Positions 27,002-37,177 of a DNA stretch of 64,000 nucleotides are shown in pieces (the first letter of the stretch is position 1; every line of letters begins with the position of its first letter). The position numbers and the translations under genes are program-made. The notes below the pieces were generated by a model that saw nothing but the letters and a program-made list of their open reading frames with translations, was not told the origin of the DNA and did no database searches. The stretch is from an uncultured virus (IMG/VR IMGVR_UViG_3300038315_001276) (Duplodnaviria; Heunggongvirae; Uroviricota; Caudoviricetes): the IMG/VR virus record IMGVR_UViG_3300038315_001276, one strand, 5' to 3'.

Positions 27002-29223
27002 GCTGGCCCCTTTCCACACAGGTCAATACGGGCGCTGAACGCATCCCCTTCATCCAGATAATTAAGCAGAGATCCGGCAGACATAATCCGCTTCCCGCCG
27101 TCTGGTGTTTCAATTTCAAGGTCAAAGTCACCATCGGCCTCAATATCCCCTCGCATATCGGCGGCAACACTATCTTGGATCGCACGCGCCTCTGGCGATG
27201 CGGGGTCCGAAAACATATCCATTTGGGAACGTGAGCCAACATCGAACAGGCCGTCATCTGCCGCAGCGTTACCGCCGCGCATAGGCGCTTCTTGTTGGGC
27301 TTGGAGGCGGTCGCGCTGTGTTACCGGCGCAACGCCGTCGATTAGGGTTTGGTCGCCTGCTGCCGTGCTTTCCGTTGCTCGATCAGCTTGGCTGCCATCT
27401 GCTGCGCGCGCTGTGCTGCTTCCCGCTTCGCTGGCGTCAGGTTCGGGTCGGCCAGTGCTGTCTGCATCCGGTCTGCCATCTTCTGCACGCGGCTGATCTG
27501 GTTCGTCCCACGGGACGTCTGCTGCTGCTGTGTTGGGGCTTTCGACATATTCAACCTCGCGTTCTAGGGCCCTTTCTACCAGATATTCTGGATCACCGCC
27601 ACGCTCTTGAAGCACAGAAATGATCTCCCGCGATTCCGCGTCGGTGAGAATATCGGACCATCCGTTGTCATCCATCCAGCCACGCACCGCCATTTCGATG
27701 TCTGCCTCTGGATTGCCACCAAATTCGTAGGCGTCACGATCCACATAGAACTGGCCGTCGGTTGGCTGCATCGCTTCGAAGTCAGCGACGGCATCGGGAT
27801 CTTTGGAAGTGCCCTCTCCGTCGAAGATCCGCCATTCATCTGCTACCGCCTCTTCTGCCTGAGAATAGATACGGCGTGTGCCCCGAACGTCGCTGTCCAG
27901 TGCGTCGATCAGGTCGTTTACCGTCGCACCCTCGGGCAGGTATCCCTGCTCAACGGCGCGCTCTCGCATGGTATCCAAGGGCAAACCGCCGCCATTGTTG
28001 CCTGCGGTGCTGTCGACACGCTTGTTGTTCTTCAGGAAGCCCGGACGGCGATATTCCAACGCAGAGATGTCACCGCCCTCGTCGCCCTTCCAGATCCCGC
28101 CCTGGTTCACCACGAAGGATTTCAGGCTCGTCGGGCGCGGGTTGGCCGGCTTCTTCGATTTGGGGGTTGGGGCTGTTGGCGCATCGGCAGCGATGACCGC
28201 AGGCGCTTGCTCTGGTGACGCCTCTGGGGGATCGGCAGGCAGTAAAGGCGGGCGCTCGGGGTTGATCGGGTTTTCCAGCTGATAGGGCGCGGCCTCGATG
28301 TCGGCCCCCGCCTCCGCTACTAGCCGGTCGATTTGCTCGAAGGGCTGCGCTGTGTCCGATGTCAAGATGTCTTCGGTCTGATCAACCATGATCTGCGTGC
28401 GCAGCTGGTCCATGCGCCCGATAGGCTTGGTCTGGTTGCGGCCTTTGTAATACGACCACCCGCGCTGTGCCGCCGCGACACCGCCGCCAAGGATCGCACC
28501 GGCCCCCGCAGCCATTGCCAGCTGCGATGCAACGCTCGGGTCAGGGATACCCAATCGCTCGGCCATCTCGAACTGTGAGGGGAGGAAAGCCGCCTCTGCC
28601 CCCATGTTGATTGCAGCCTCTCGCCCCATCACCCGCGCGATGCTGCCCCCGCCCCCGCCAAGTGCCAAGAACGGCAGGTTCTTCACGTCGGCGGTGATGC
28701 CCACCATGCCGCCCACAAACTCAGCTGCAGCGCGGCCACCGGGCATCATCTCAAGGATCTGCTGGGCATCCTCGTATTCGGCGCGCAACCGTTCGTTGGT
28801 CTGCGTCTCGATTGCCTCGTCAGATAGATCGATGTCGGCCCAGGCGTCGGGGTCAGCCTCTGCAGCGCTTCGGGCCATCTCGATCGCCTTGCTGGCGAAG
28901 TTGGGGCCAAGAAGGGCAACCGCTTCCTCAACCGTGTCGGGGATCTCGACCACCTGCGAAGGCATGCCCTGTTCGATTGCCTTGGCGTTGCGCTCTTCGA
29001 TGATTGGTCTGATCTGATCCATCCCAAGGCGAGGAACAACATCACGGGCCATATCGTCGCGCACGCCAATCCGGCGACGGGCAGCGACGAAGTTGCTATC
29101 GTTCTCAAGCTGCGCCGATGATCCGGCTGCCATCAGCCCTTCCCCCCATGTGGGCAGATCCTCTTGAGGCGCGTTTGCCTTGATCTTCGGGGGCGTCTCG
29201 GGTCCGTTCAGGAAAAAGGTCAT
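26998..29223 (-). CDS. Internal virion (ejection) protein with acidic inserted region
   Basis: Gly/Ala hydrophobic segment, acidic C-terminal half, synteny. Confidence 0.75.
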   Translation of the reverse strand: MTFFLNGPETPPKIKANAPQEDLPTWGEGLMAAGSSAQLENDSNFVAARRRIGVRDDMARDVVPRLGMDQIRPIIEERNAKAIEQGMPSQVVEIPDTVEEAVALLGPNFASKAIEMARSAAEADPDAWADIDLSDEAIETQTNERLRAEYEDAQQILEMMPGGRAAAEFVGGMVGITADVKNLPFLALGGGGGSIARVMGREAAINMGAEAAFLPSQFEMAERLGIPDPSVASQLAMAAGAGAILGGGVAAAQRGWSYYKGRNQTKPIGRMDQLRTQIMVDQTEDILTSDTAQPFEQIDRLVAEAGADIEAAPYQLENPINPERPPLLPADPPEASPEQAPAVIAADAPTAPTPKSKKPANPRPTSLKSFVVNQGGIWKGDEGGDISALEYRRPGFLKNNKRVDSTAGNNGGGLPLDTMRERAVEQGYLPEGATVNDLIDALDSDVRGTRRIYSQAEEAVADEWRIFDGEGTSKDPDAVADFEAMQPTDGQFYVDRDAYEFGGNPEADIEMAVRGWMDDNGWSDILTDAESREIISVLQERGGDPEYLVERALEREVEYVESPNTAAADVPWDEPDQPRAEDGRPDADSTGRPEPDASEAGSSTARAADGSQADRATESTAAGDQTLIDGVAPVTQRDRLQAQQEAPMRGGNAAADDGLFDVGSRSQMDMFSDPASPEARAIQDSVAADMRGDIEADGDFDLEIETPDGGKRIMSAGSLLNYLDEGDAFSARIDLCGKGPA

Positions 29224-31910
29224 TCTGCCGCTTCCATCAGTTTTTTGAGGTCAAAGAAGAACACGTTGCCATCCGCGTCTTGGGCATCGATGCGGGTGCT
29301 GCCCGAGATGATCTCCAAGCGGTATCCATTGGGCCCCGCGGGGATCATGCGAACGCTGCCGTTTGCCACGTATGACGGGGGGATCGGCTTTCCGTTGTGC
29401 ATTGGGCCACCGTCGTCGCCCCATAGTGGCGATGCCGTGGTGACGTCGGCACCGAACAATCCCCCAACCAATCCGTTCATGGCCCGTGAAAAGCTGGTTT
29501 CGCCAGTGATCTCGCCGGTCATCGCCATGCGCAGAACCTCGTCAGCCTTTTTGCCTGAGACACCAATGGGCAAGAGCGTGCTGTTACCCATCACCTCCTG
29601 CACACCGCCGGTCATATCGCCGCGCTTGTTCTTGGCTTGACCCAATGCCTTCTGGATCGCGCCCTGCATAAGCGTCTTGGCGGCTTCTGACGTGGGTTCC
29701 ATGCCGCGGGCGGAAGGGTCTGCTGCGTAGATCGCTTGGGCGGTCGCCATCACCTCTGACTGCGCCTCGATCGAACCTGGCACGCCCTCAAAAGCTGTGG
29801 CCGTGGCCGTGCTGAACTCTTCGATACGGTCAGCCTTGGGGGGAACCCGCACCAGCCCTTCATCCAGCATCTGTTGGCCGGTCAGGATCGTGGACGCCAG
29901 CGCCTGATTGCCGCCAAGGGCCATCATCTTGCCCGCGTACATGGTGATCTTATCGGCGTCGATTTCATCGAAGACAGCGAGGGCGTCAGTGCCAAAGCCC
30001 CCGACAATGGCGCCAGCAAGTGCCGCGCGCAGCTCGGGCGGTGTATCCGGCCCCATCGCGGCCTGAAGCCCCTCCGCCTCAGTCTTGGACAGGTAGGATT
30101 TGGTTTCGGTGTAACCGGCCTCGCGCAGCTGGTTCATATATTCCCGACGCTCGGCAAGGCCGTTCACGATCTTCTCTGGATCGTCCAGCGTCAGTTCTGG
30201 CATGGGAGGGGGCGGGTTAGTCTTCATCACCTCGGCCGCGCGCTGCACGGGATCTTCCTCCCACGCCTTTTTGTTCGCCTTCGCCGCCTTGCCCGCAGCT
30301 TCAACGATGTCCAGCTGCCACTCTTCGGCAACCTCCTGCGCCGCCATCTGTGCGACGGTCGCGGCTTGTTCGTCTGGTGTCATCTCAAGGAAGTCGGGCA
30401 TGTTGTCGCGCAGCGCCACGAACGCCGCAGCCTCGCGCGCCAACTCGGGGTGATCCAAGATGGCGGCAGGATCATTCAGGATCTCTTCACCGGCAACCGT
30501 AGCGCCTGCCTTCGCGCCCTTGATGATCAGATCAAACGTGTTCTTGGTTTCCTTCGACGCCTCTTTCCGGCGTTTCTCGGCCTGCACCTCCGCGCGCTTA
30601 CGGGCATCGATGATAACGTTGGCGGATTGTTCCTCGGTCCACGCCAGACCGGGCAAGGCCTCGCGCGCCTGCAACAAGCCGTCCAGCTGGCTCTGTGCCT
30701 CGGCAATTTGGCCCTCGTCGCCCGTAAGGATCGCGTCTGTCAGACCGTCTGACCAGCGCTCGATCAGGGCTTTAGAAGAGTTATTGGCCCGTGCCCGAAT
30801 ATCGCGGTGTCGATCCTCCATCATACCGAAGGCGCGGCGCTGCACCTCCTTCGAAAGGGTTTGACGCAGCTCGCCCTGATAATCAGTCGGGGCGCTATCC
30901 ACCATCGTATCGATGTATTGCTCTGCCGCCTGCGAGAAGGAATCGGGATCGAGGGGGAATTGCTCGGAAAGGTCCATCAGGTCGACGGCGCTCTTGTTCA
31001 GCACCTCGGACTGATAGGCGACCCGCGCCGCCGCGTTATGCGCCTGCAGGATAGGCCCCGAGTATGGCGAATACAGGCGGCTTTCCAGCGCCCCTGACGA
31101 CGTTCGAACCATCGTGGGCGGGGTGTATGTCCCGCCGCCCTGCCCTGTGCCGCCTACGACGGTATCTTGCCCGCCGCCGCCTGAAACGGACGGGGTAACA
31201 CCGTTCAGCGCAGCGGAAAGCCACGCGGGCGCGTTCTCGCCCTTGCCTCCTGCGCCCCATGCGGCCTCCTTACCGAAGCCAAGGTGCATCCGCCCTGCCC
31301 CCATGTAATCGTCGCCAGCACCGATACCTGTGACCCCGCGAGATCGCGCCTTCTTCGCAATCTCTTGGAAGATCGGCAGATCATCGGGGTTGTTCCAATC
31401 CAGCTTGCGACCGTCTTTGTAGAAGTCGGCATCTGCTGCGCCCCCGTGATCGTGACGGGTGGATCCGGTGCGCCGGCTGCCTTCACCCTTGGCGTCTTGC
31501 CCGCCAGAGATGACCTTCATTTTGACGCCCATATCGCCAAGGAACGACATCGCGTTCTTGAGCTCGCCGGAGATCGGCTTGTTACGGGTCGCGCTTTGGT
31601 TGGCGTATTCGAGCCAGTCGCCCCCGGCCCCGAGATCGTCGCCGGCAGCGCTGCCAGCAAGCGTGTCAGTTGAACCGCCGGCTTGTGGCTGCACCCGATA
31701 CGGGCGGTTATCCCCGAACTGTGCTTTGGCTGCCTCGCGGCCCAGGCTCTCGCCCCGTTGCTTCATCTCGTTTTCAGCGACGGGGGCAACGCGATCATAC
31801 AGCGCGTTTAGGCCATCTGCCAAAAGCCGAAAAGCGCCCCCACCAGAGGGAGCGCCTTGTTGAAAATTCGAAATCGGGTTGTCCCGAACAATGCGTTTGA
31901 TTTGTGCCAT
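29220..31910 (-). CDS. Internal virion protein with M15-like peptidoglycan peptidase domain
   Basis: VISG..GSTRHDHGGAAD..GIG..MHLG. Confidence 0.75.
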   Translation of the reverse strand: MAQIKRIVRDNPISNFQQGAPSGGGAFRLLADGLNALYDRVAPVAENEMKQRGESLGREAAKAQFGDNRPYRVQPQAGGSTDTLAGSAAGDDLGAGGDWLEYANQSATRNKPISGELKNAMSFLGDMGVKMKVISGGQDAKGEGSRRTGSTRHDHGGAADADFYKDGRKLDWNNPDDLPIFQEIAKKARSRGVTGIGAGDDYMGAGRMHLGFGKEAAWGAGGKGENAPAWLSAALNGVTPSVSGGGGQDTVVGGTGQGGGTYTPPTMVRTSSGALESRLYSPYSGPILQAHNAAARVAYQSEVLNKSAVDLMDLSEQFPLDPDSFSQAAEQYIDTMVDSAPTDYQGELRQTLSKEVQRRAFGMMEDRHRDIRARANNSSKALIERWSDGLTDAILTGDEGQIAEAQSQLDGLLQAREALPGLAWTEEQSANVIIDARKRAEVQAEKRRKEASKETKNTFDLIIKGAKAGATVAGEEILNDPAAILDHPELAREAAAFVALRDNMPDFLEMTPDEQAATVAQMAAQEVAEEWQLDIVEAAGKAAKANKKAWEEDPVQRAAEVMKTNPPPPMPELTLDDPEKIVNGLAERREYMNQLREAGYTETKSYLSKTEAEGLQAAMGPDTPPELRAALAGAIVGGFGTDALAVFDEIDADKITMYAGKMMALGGNQALASTILTGQQMLDEGLVRVPPKADRIEEFSTATATAFEGVPGSIEAQSEVMATAQAIYAADPSARGMEPTSEAAKTLMQGAIQKALGQAKNKRGDMTGGVQEVMGNSTLLPIGVSGKKADEVLRMAMTGEITGETSFSRAMNGLVGGLFGADVTTASPLWGDDGGPMHNGKPIPPSYVANGSVRMIPAGPNGYRLEIISGSTRIDAQDADGNVFFFDLKKLMEAAE

Positions 31911-32338
31911 TAGCCGGTCCTTTTGTACTGATAGAGGTCAAACATTGAGGGGCCCGCTTTTGCTGCCCCGCCCAGAAGGGCATATGCGCCCCTTTGCCCC
32001 GCGGCCTGTCCCTGCATCCGGTATGATGCACTCTCCGCATTTCGGTTGCCCACGTTGATGTTGCGCTCGCGGTTCCTTGTCTCGCGCAGCTCTTTCATCA
32101 CCTCGAACGTGCCGACGCCGGGGGCTTGCTGGTTCGCCCCCATGACGTTCCGCATCTGACCGAGCTCGGCGTTGAGCCCACGGGTGGCATCTGCACCGGT
32201 CTGGATAGCCCGCGTTCGCCCGATGAAAGCGTTGATCTCGGCCTGCTTCTTTTCCGCCTTGGCCTGACCAAATCCGGCCAAAGCACCCGCACCGGCTGAG
32301 CCTGCTTGAAGCGCCAATCCTGCTGTTACTGGGTCCAT
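31910..32338 (-). CDS. Small internal virion protein (T7 gp14-like)
   Basis: MDPVT start, Ala/Gly-rich, synteny. Confidence 0.7.
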   Translation of the reverse strand: MDPVTAGLALQAGSAGAGALAGFGQAKAEKKQAEINAFIGRTRAIQTGADATRGLNAELGQMRNVMGANQQAPGVGTFEVMKELRETRNRERNINVGNRNAESASYRMQGQAAGQRGAYALLGGAAKAGPSMFDLYQYKRTG

Positions 32339-34521
32339 TATGCTTGTACCTTCTGGCCTATCGCCAAGATCCTGAATGGTCCTGGGCGTGTCTTTGAAAC
32401 GATGATTTCGGGGTGATCCCTGTTGCCGTAGATCGTGAAGCGTCTGACGTTGGTTTTCGGGATCGGCGGGCGGCTCAGATCGTCACCAAAGCCGTATGCG
32501 TTGACGCGGTTCCGAACCCCGTTGCACATCACCTCGTAACCCAGCGTGTTCTGGACAGAGACGATGGCCTCCATAACGCGCACCGTGACCTCGCCAATGC
32601 GCGGGCTTTCGATGATCTCGACCGGCCAAGGCTCTGCTGATGCGACGAAATTCAGGCCTACTTGCCGGACGCCATCATAGTCAGGTTCGCCCTCGACCGT
32701 GCCGTCACCCTGAATTACAAAATCACCGGCGTCCCACCCCTCGATGTAATACGCGACGGTTTCCCCCGGCAGGTGATCCATGAAGGGGCGATAGACCGTC
32801 AGCTCTTCCCCGTTCACCGTCAGCAGCTCGCCGTTCACTGTCAGCGATTCCGCGACAGATCGGGACGTGCTTTCGACGCCGCAATCCACGGTCATATTGT
32901 CGTCAAATCGTTCAAGGAACCGCTGGGTGTCGCCGTCCACGACGCGATCGACAATCGCCCAATAGCCGGAGAAGATCGGCGACACCTTCACGAAGTTTCC
33001 CTTGGTCTGCCACGGCGCGAAACCGACGTTCTCGTCACGCAGGCTTTCCTGCCATGACACCGCTGCAATGGTGCCGTCGCCGTTAATCACGAACACGTAT
33101 TTTTCAGCTGCAGAAGATCCGAGCGATGGACCACACAGAGCGCGCGGCGCTTTGATCAGGTGCTTGTGCAAGCTGGTGAGCGATTTAACCGACCATTTCA
33201 GGTAGATGTTGCCGTCGAGCATGACAATCTTCACGTTCTCGTTCGAGCTGTCGACAAAGATGATCCCGTCTTCCACCTTGACCGGCTTGATCTCGCTGCA
33301 TGAGCTGTCATCGATAAACACGGGGTTGAAGGTGCTGGGGGATATGATGCCGTTCTCGCGGGTCGGCACGTTGTAGATGCCGCTGTCAGAGAACAGGATC
33401 AGGTCGCCAACGCTTTCAGCGTGCAGCCAGCGCGGCGCGTTATCACCGACCTGCCGAACAATGGCATCATCATCCTCGGGCCCGACCTTATAGTCCTCGA
33501 TGCTGCGCGAAGAAGAGATTGCGATAAGGTCTGGGACCGCCTCAAAATCCAGAAGGATCATGCGGCCGGCGGCACTGCCCGATGCTCTCGGCCACCCGCG
33601 GGCATTCGACATCAAAGGCTCGTCCCACACCGGAGATGCCAACGGGTCAATCTTAGTCTTGCCCGTGACCTTTGAAGATCCCCCGGGGCTGGACAATTCC
33701 TCGTCGGTGTCGGGGCCTTCGAAGAAAACCTGCGTCACCACGTCCAGAGCCAGACCGTCGATCGCAATGATCAGGCCTTGGAAATTGGTATCAGCGGCCA
33801 CAACGGCTTCGCCAACGCGGTATTCCGTGCTGTCCTCGACCGTAATACGGTAGCTGGGGGAAAGCTCGTTGATCACCTTACCGCGGGCAAGCTGGCTGGT
33901 GATCCGCTCGGTGATCTCAATCTCGCGCGCGTTGTAGCGAACCCGCAGGCCAACGTAATCCTCGGTCCAAAGCGGCTCACTGGCCTCGATCGTGATCTCG
34001 CCGTTGAGCGCGGACGGCTTGAGCGTGATGCTGTCCTCAAACGCCCAATACGGTTGGGCCAGTTCACCACCAGCGGCGTCGGTGAAAGCGAACGGCTCGA
34101 ACGTCCAAGTGCCCTCGGAATAGCTGAGAACGTGCATCCCGCCCGTGCCCGAACCCAAGACTGTCTTCTTGCGGAAACGGTTGTACCAGACTTCATCGGC
34201 GTTCTGCCAAGGCACTGTATTCAATTCGAAAATGATGTCTGCGTTTTCGTCCACGATCTGCAGGCTGTTATCATCGATCAGCATGCCGAATTTCAGGCCG
34301 GTGCCGGGGCGGATCTCGATGATGTCGTCAGCGTCAGCCAATCGCCGCACAAAGTGCGTGCCAGGGCGAGCCTCTGCCGCTCCGGTCTGCAGAACCTTCA
34401 TGTTGAGTGCGCCCTTGAGCGACTGAGCGCGGATGTCGACGTCATCACGCTCAAGGAAATCCTCGCGCAACTCCATGAATGTGAAGGCGCGCTGCATGAC
34501 GGTTTGTTTTTGTCTAGCCAC
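32338..34521 (-). CDS. Tail tubular protein B / nozzle
   Basis: RPGT.FV and GWP motifs, size, follows tubular protein A. Confidence 0.8.
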   Translation of the reverse strand: MARQKQTVMQRAFTFMELREDFLERDDVDIRAQSLKGALNMKVLQTGAAEARPGTHFVRRLADADDIIEIRPGTGLKFGMLIDDNSLQIVDENADIIFELNTVPWQNADEVWYNRFRKKTVLGSGTGGMHVLSYSEGTWTFEPFAFTDAAGGELAQPYWAFEDSITLKPSALNGEITIEASEPLWTEDYVGLRVRYNAREIEITERITSQLARGKVINELSPSYRITVEDSTEYRVGEAVVAADTNFQGLIIAIDGLALDVVTQVFFEGPDTDEELSSPGGSSKVTGKTKIDPLASPVWDEPLMSNARGWPRASGSAAGRMILLDFEAVPDLIAISSSRSIEDYKVGPEDDDAIVRQVGDNAPRWLHAESVGDLILFSDSGIYNVPTRENGIISPSTFNPVFIDDSSCSEIKPVKVEDGIIFVDSSNENVKIVMLDGNIYLKWSVKSLTSLHKHLIKAPRALCGPSLGSSAAEKYVFVINGDGTIAAVSWQESLRDENVGFAPWQTKGNFVKVSPIFSGYWAIVDRVVDGDTQRFLERFDDNMTVDCGVESTSRSVAESLTVNGELLTVNGEELTVYRPFMDHLPGETVAYYIEGWDAGDFVIQGDGTVEGEPDYDGVRQVGLNFVASAEPWPVEIIESPRIGEVTVRVMEAIVSVQNTLGYEVMCNGVRNRVNAYGFGDDLSRPPIPKTNVRRFTIYGNRDHPEIIVSKTRPGPFRILAIGQKVQA

Positions 34522-35110
34522 GACGGTTCCTCGCGGAAGCGATTGGCCCCTTGTTGTATAACTGCTTGGCCGAACGCGCCTTCGAAGAGTTGGTGCGAGC
34601 GCGCTGGAAATACATCTCGGCCTCTTGGTCCAGCTGCGAGGCCTCGCCAAACTCTTCCTTGATGGCGCGGGAAATGATGGCTTCCATCCGCTTTTGAACG
34701 CCGCGTACGAAATTTGCCGACCATAGATCAGGCTCAGAGCAGATCGCGTATTCGATCCAGCACCCATCGGGGCTGTTCAGATAAACATGCGTGCTGTCCT
34801 GAACCCAATCCACCTCGATCTTGGAACCCGTGGCCGACATCAGCCACGCATTGCGGACGTGAAGCGCAGACGCTGGCACAACATATCCGTCAGAAAACTC
34901 GTACTGACCGGGCACGCGCGTAACCAGCTCGGCTTCCTGTTTGGTGAAGAAATAGGCTCCATCTTCCAGCTCGGCCTCGACAACACCGGGCCAGTTTCTC
35001 GCCATCGTGCGATACTCCATAGACCCATCGTTCTCGGAAACGATTTCGAGCTGGCCTTGGGCCAGAAGGGCGGCATTCATGATGCCTAACATTGAAAATT
35101 GTGTTGCCAT
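34514..35110 (-). CDS. Tail tubular protein A / adaptor
   Basis: IMN.AL...G N-terminus and synteny. Confidence 0.8.
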   Translation of the reverse strand: MATQFSMLGIMNAALLAQGQLEIVSENDGSMEYRTMARNWPGVVEAELEDGAYFFTKQEAELVTRVPGQYEFSDGYVVPASALHVRNAWLMSATGSKIEVDWVQDSTHVYLNSPDGCWIEYAICSEPDLWSANFVRGVQKRMEAIISRAIKEEFGEASQLDQEAEMYFQRARTNSSKARSAKQLYNKGPIASARNRRG

Positions 35111-35157
35111 GAGCGGACATTCTGAGGAATTACCCGCCTGCCAAATGCACGAATACA

Positions 35158-35185
35158 AAAAGGGCCACCCGAAGGCAGCCCTTTT
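35158..35185 (-). terminator. Terminator after the capsid operon
   Basis: AAAAGGGC...GCCCTTTT hairpin. Confidence 0.7.
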
Positions 35186-35223
35186 CTTAACCCTGGCGGC
35201 TCAGGAGGACACGAATGCCGGGG

Positions 35224-35688
35224 TTATTCCTCAGCAGCCTCGTCCTCTGCGATTTTGATCAGACGGCTCGTGATAAGTCGCTCGACGTCGGCTCGCTTCA
35301 TCGTTTTCTTCTGCGTTTTGATGCCGACTTTGACCATCAGGATTTTAAGCTCGTCAGAATCCATAGAGGCAAGGTTGACGTTGTAGCGATGCTGCGGGTC
35401 AATCTCCATGATGCCATCGGCAGTCTTTGCGTTGTGAACCATCCATTCCTTCGAGAAGGCAGACTTCTCAATGGTGTGACGCGTGCCTGCTTTTACCAGC
35501 CCCTTGCCTGTAATTGTGCCAGGGGATGTGGTGATGATGTCGATCAAGTTTGTCTCAACATCTTCCATGTCGATCTTTTCGGCCTTCGCTTTTTCAGCTG
35601 CTTGAGCTTCGGACGCCTCCTGCTCGGCGATTGCGTCGGCCTCCGCTTTTTCAGCTGCTTCTTTTTCTTCTTCTGTAAACTCTGACAT
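35224..35688 (-). CDS. Hypothetical protein in the capsid operon
   Basis: Coupled ORF, acidic N-terminus. Confidence 0.7.
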   Translation of the reverse strand: MSEFTEEEKEAAEKAEADAIAEQEASEAQAAEKAKAEKIDMEDVETNLIDIITTSPGTITGKGLVKAGTRHTIEKSAFSKEWMVHNAKTADGIMEIDPQHRYNVNLASMDSDELKILMVKVGIKTQKKTMKRADVERLITSRLIKIAEDEAAEE

Positions 35689-36116
35689 CAGGTGTTCACC
35701 TCTGTCGCGACAGCCGCGCTGATTTTCCCAGCTGTGGCAGCCGTTCCGGTGACGGTGTACCGCAGGCCGAAATACTTCTTCATGGTAGCATCCGGCACAA
35801 ACCGCGTGAAAGAAGGTCGATAGCCTGGTTTCAGTGACGCTGCGGGGATAGCGCCGGAGGAACCAAGCACCGTCGAAGACGACAGGTCTGCGTTATCAGA
35901 TGTTTCCATCGTGATTGTCAGGCTGGTAAGTGTGGCAAACGCCTCTGTTACCTGCATCAACATCGGGATGGGTGTGCCCGCACCAAGGTTGCGAGCAATA
36001 GGTGCCCCCTCACGGGGTGGGGTACCATTGTCGGGCCAGCCGATCACGTTGGTCGAAACCGCCGTCGACGTGATCGCCTGATTTTCAGACAAAATGAGAT
36101 CAGCATTCAAGATCAT
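35688..36116 (-). CDS. Capsid cement protein (Bbp16-like)
   Basis: MILNA.L.LS..QAIT.TA.STNVI and Y.GLRYTV.G motifs. Confidence 0.85.
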   Translation of the reverse strand: MILNADLILSENQAITSTAVSTNVIGWPDNGTPPREGAPIARNLGAGTPIPMLMQVTEAFATLTSLTITMETSDNADLSSSTVLGSSGAIPAASLKPGYRPSFTRFVPDATMKKYFGLRYTVTGTAATAGKISAAVATEVNT

Positions 36117-36145
36117 GAGAATTTTCCTTTCATTGCGGGGGTCGC

Positions 36146-37174
36146 TTAGACCACCCGCGCTTCGGTGTTGAGGATTGCGTCAGTTTCGCGGATGGGGATA
36201 CCGCGATAGGACATCACTTCCTGACCTTGGATTTCGGTCGGCCGCAGGCGAGTGAAGTTGTCGTCTGCGCCAGCATTTGTTGCCAGACCGTCCAGCGCTT
36301 CAAGAATGTCGGTGTTGCAGTACATCGCCAGACGGCCGGGGGCTTTCTGGTCCATGATTTTGTTCACGCGGCGCGATTTCAACTTGTAGTATGCTTTGCG
36401 CAGGAACCCATAGAGGTCCACGTTGCCGGCGGCCAATTCGCTGACATCAACGTTGCGAACCACAGAGATGCGCTGCCAATCACCTACCGAGAAGCCGACA
36501 TGAGTGCGGAAAAGCTCTTCTTCGACATAGTAGGGGTTTCCCGCGGGGTCGAGAACCCGCTGTTGCCCCTTATTCTCGCGCTGCATCCCCGCAGGCGTGC
36601 CCTTGGGATAGATTGTCGACAGTCCGTCGTAACCCCATTCAACAAGCCAGATTGATGTGTTGTCGGAGCCCGTGCCGCCGGCGTCAACGATTTGGTTCCC
36701 AGCGCCGGAAGTGGCTTTTACACCGTACCGCGCACCAAGCCCCTTGGGATGGCGTACATTGGTTGATGGGTCGTAGTAGAACAGCGAGGTCATCAGTTCC
36801 TGCGCCATGCTTTCCATGAAAGTCCGGCCTTCGGCAGAACGAATTGCCACCTTGTTCTCTGCATACAGATCGAGCTGGCGCTGATCCACGGTGCTTAGGC
36901 CTTCAACAAAGCCGGTTGTATCATCGACCATTTGCTTGCTCGATTTGGATTGCGCAATACCTTCGTATAGTGCGCCCCAGCTCAAACTAGGCAGACCGGT
37001 GCGGATACCGCGGGTGTGCTTTGTGCCAGAATTGCATTCCATCCAGGACCAATCGTCCATGATGTGCTGCGACGTGTCGTTCATAGTTTCGATCACGTCG
37101 ATATATTTGCCGTTTCCATCGACCGACTTGTACTGGTCGATCATGGATTGGGTTGACTGATTTAGAGGAGCCAT
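36146..37174 (-). CDS. Major capsid protein (BPP-1 Bbp17-like)
   Basis: RTGLP, DAGGTGSDNTSIWLV.WG and GIPIRETDAILNTE. Confidence 0.92.
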   Translation of the reverse strand: MAPLNQSTQSMIDQYKSVDGNGKYIDVIETMNDTSQHIMDDWSWMECNSGTKHTRGIRTGLPSLSWGALYEGIAQSKSSKQMVDDTTGFVEGLSTVDQRQLDLYAENKVAIRSAEGRTFMESMAQELMTSLFYYDPSTNVRHPKGLGARYGVKATSGAGNQIVDAGGTGSDNTSIWLVEWGYDGLSTIYPKGTPAGMQRENKGQQRVLDPAGNPYYVEEELFRTHVGFSVGDWQRISVVRNVDVSELAAGNVDLYGFLRKAYYKLKSRRVNKIMDQKAPGRLAMYCNTDILEALDGLATNAGADDNFTRLRPTEIQGQEVMSYRGIPIRETDAILNTEARVV

Positions 37175-37177
37175 TGG

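Noticed and set aside
32026..32031. Additional ATGCAC hits (also 2375, 3065, 17515)
   Set aside because: Wrong flanks or distance to a start codon. Expected by chance for a hexamer.
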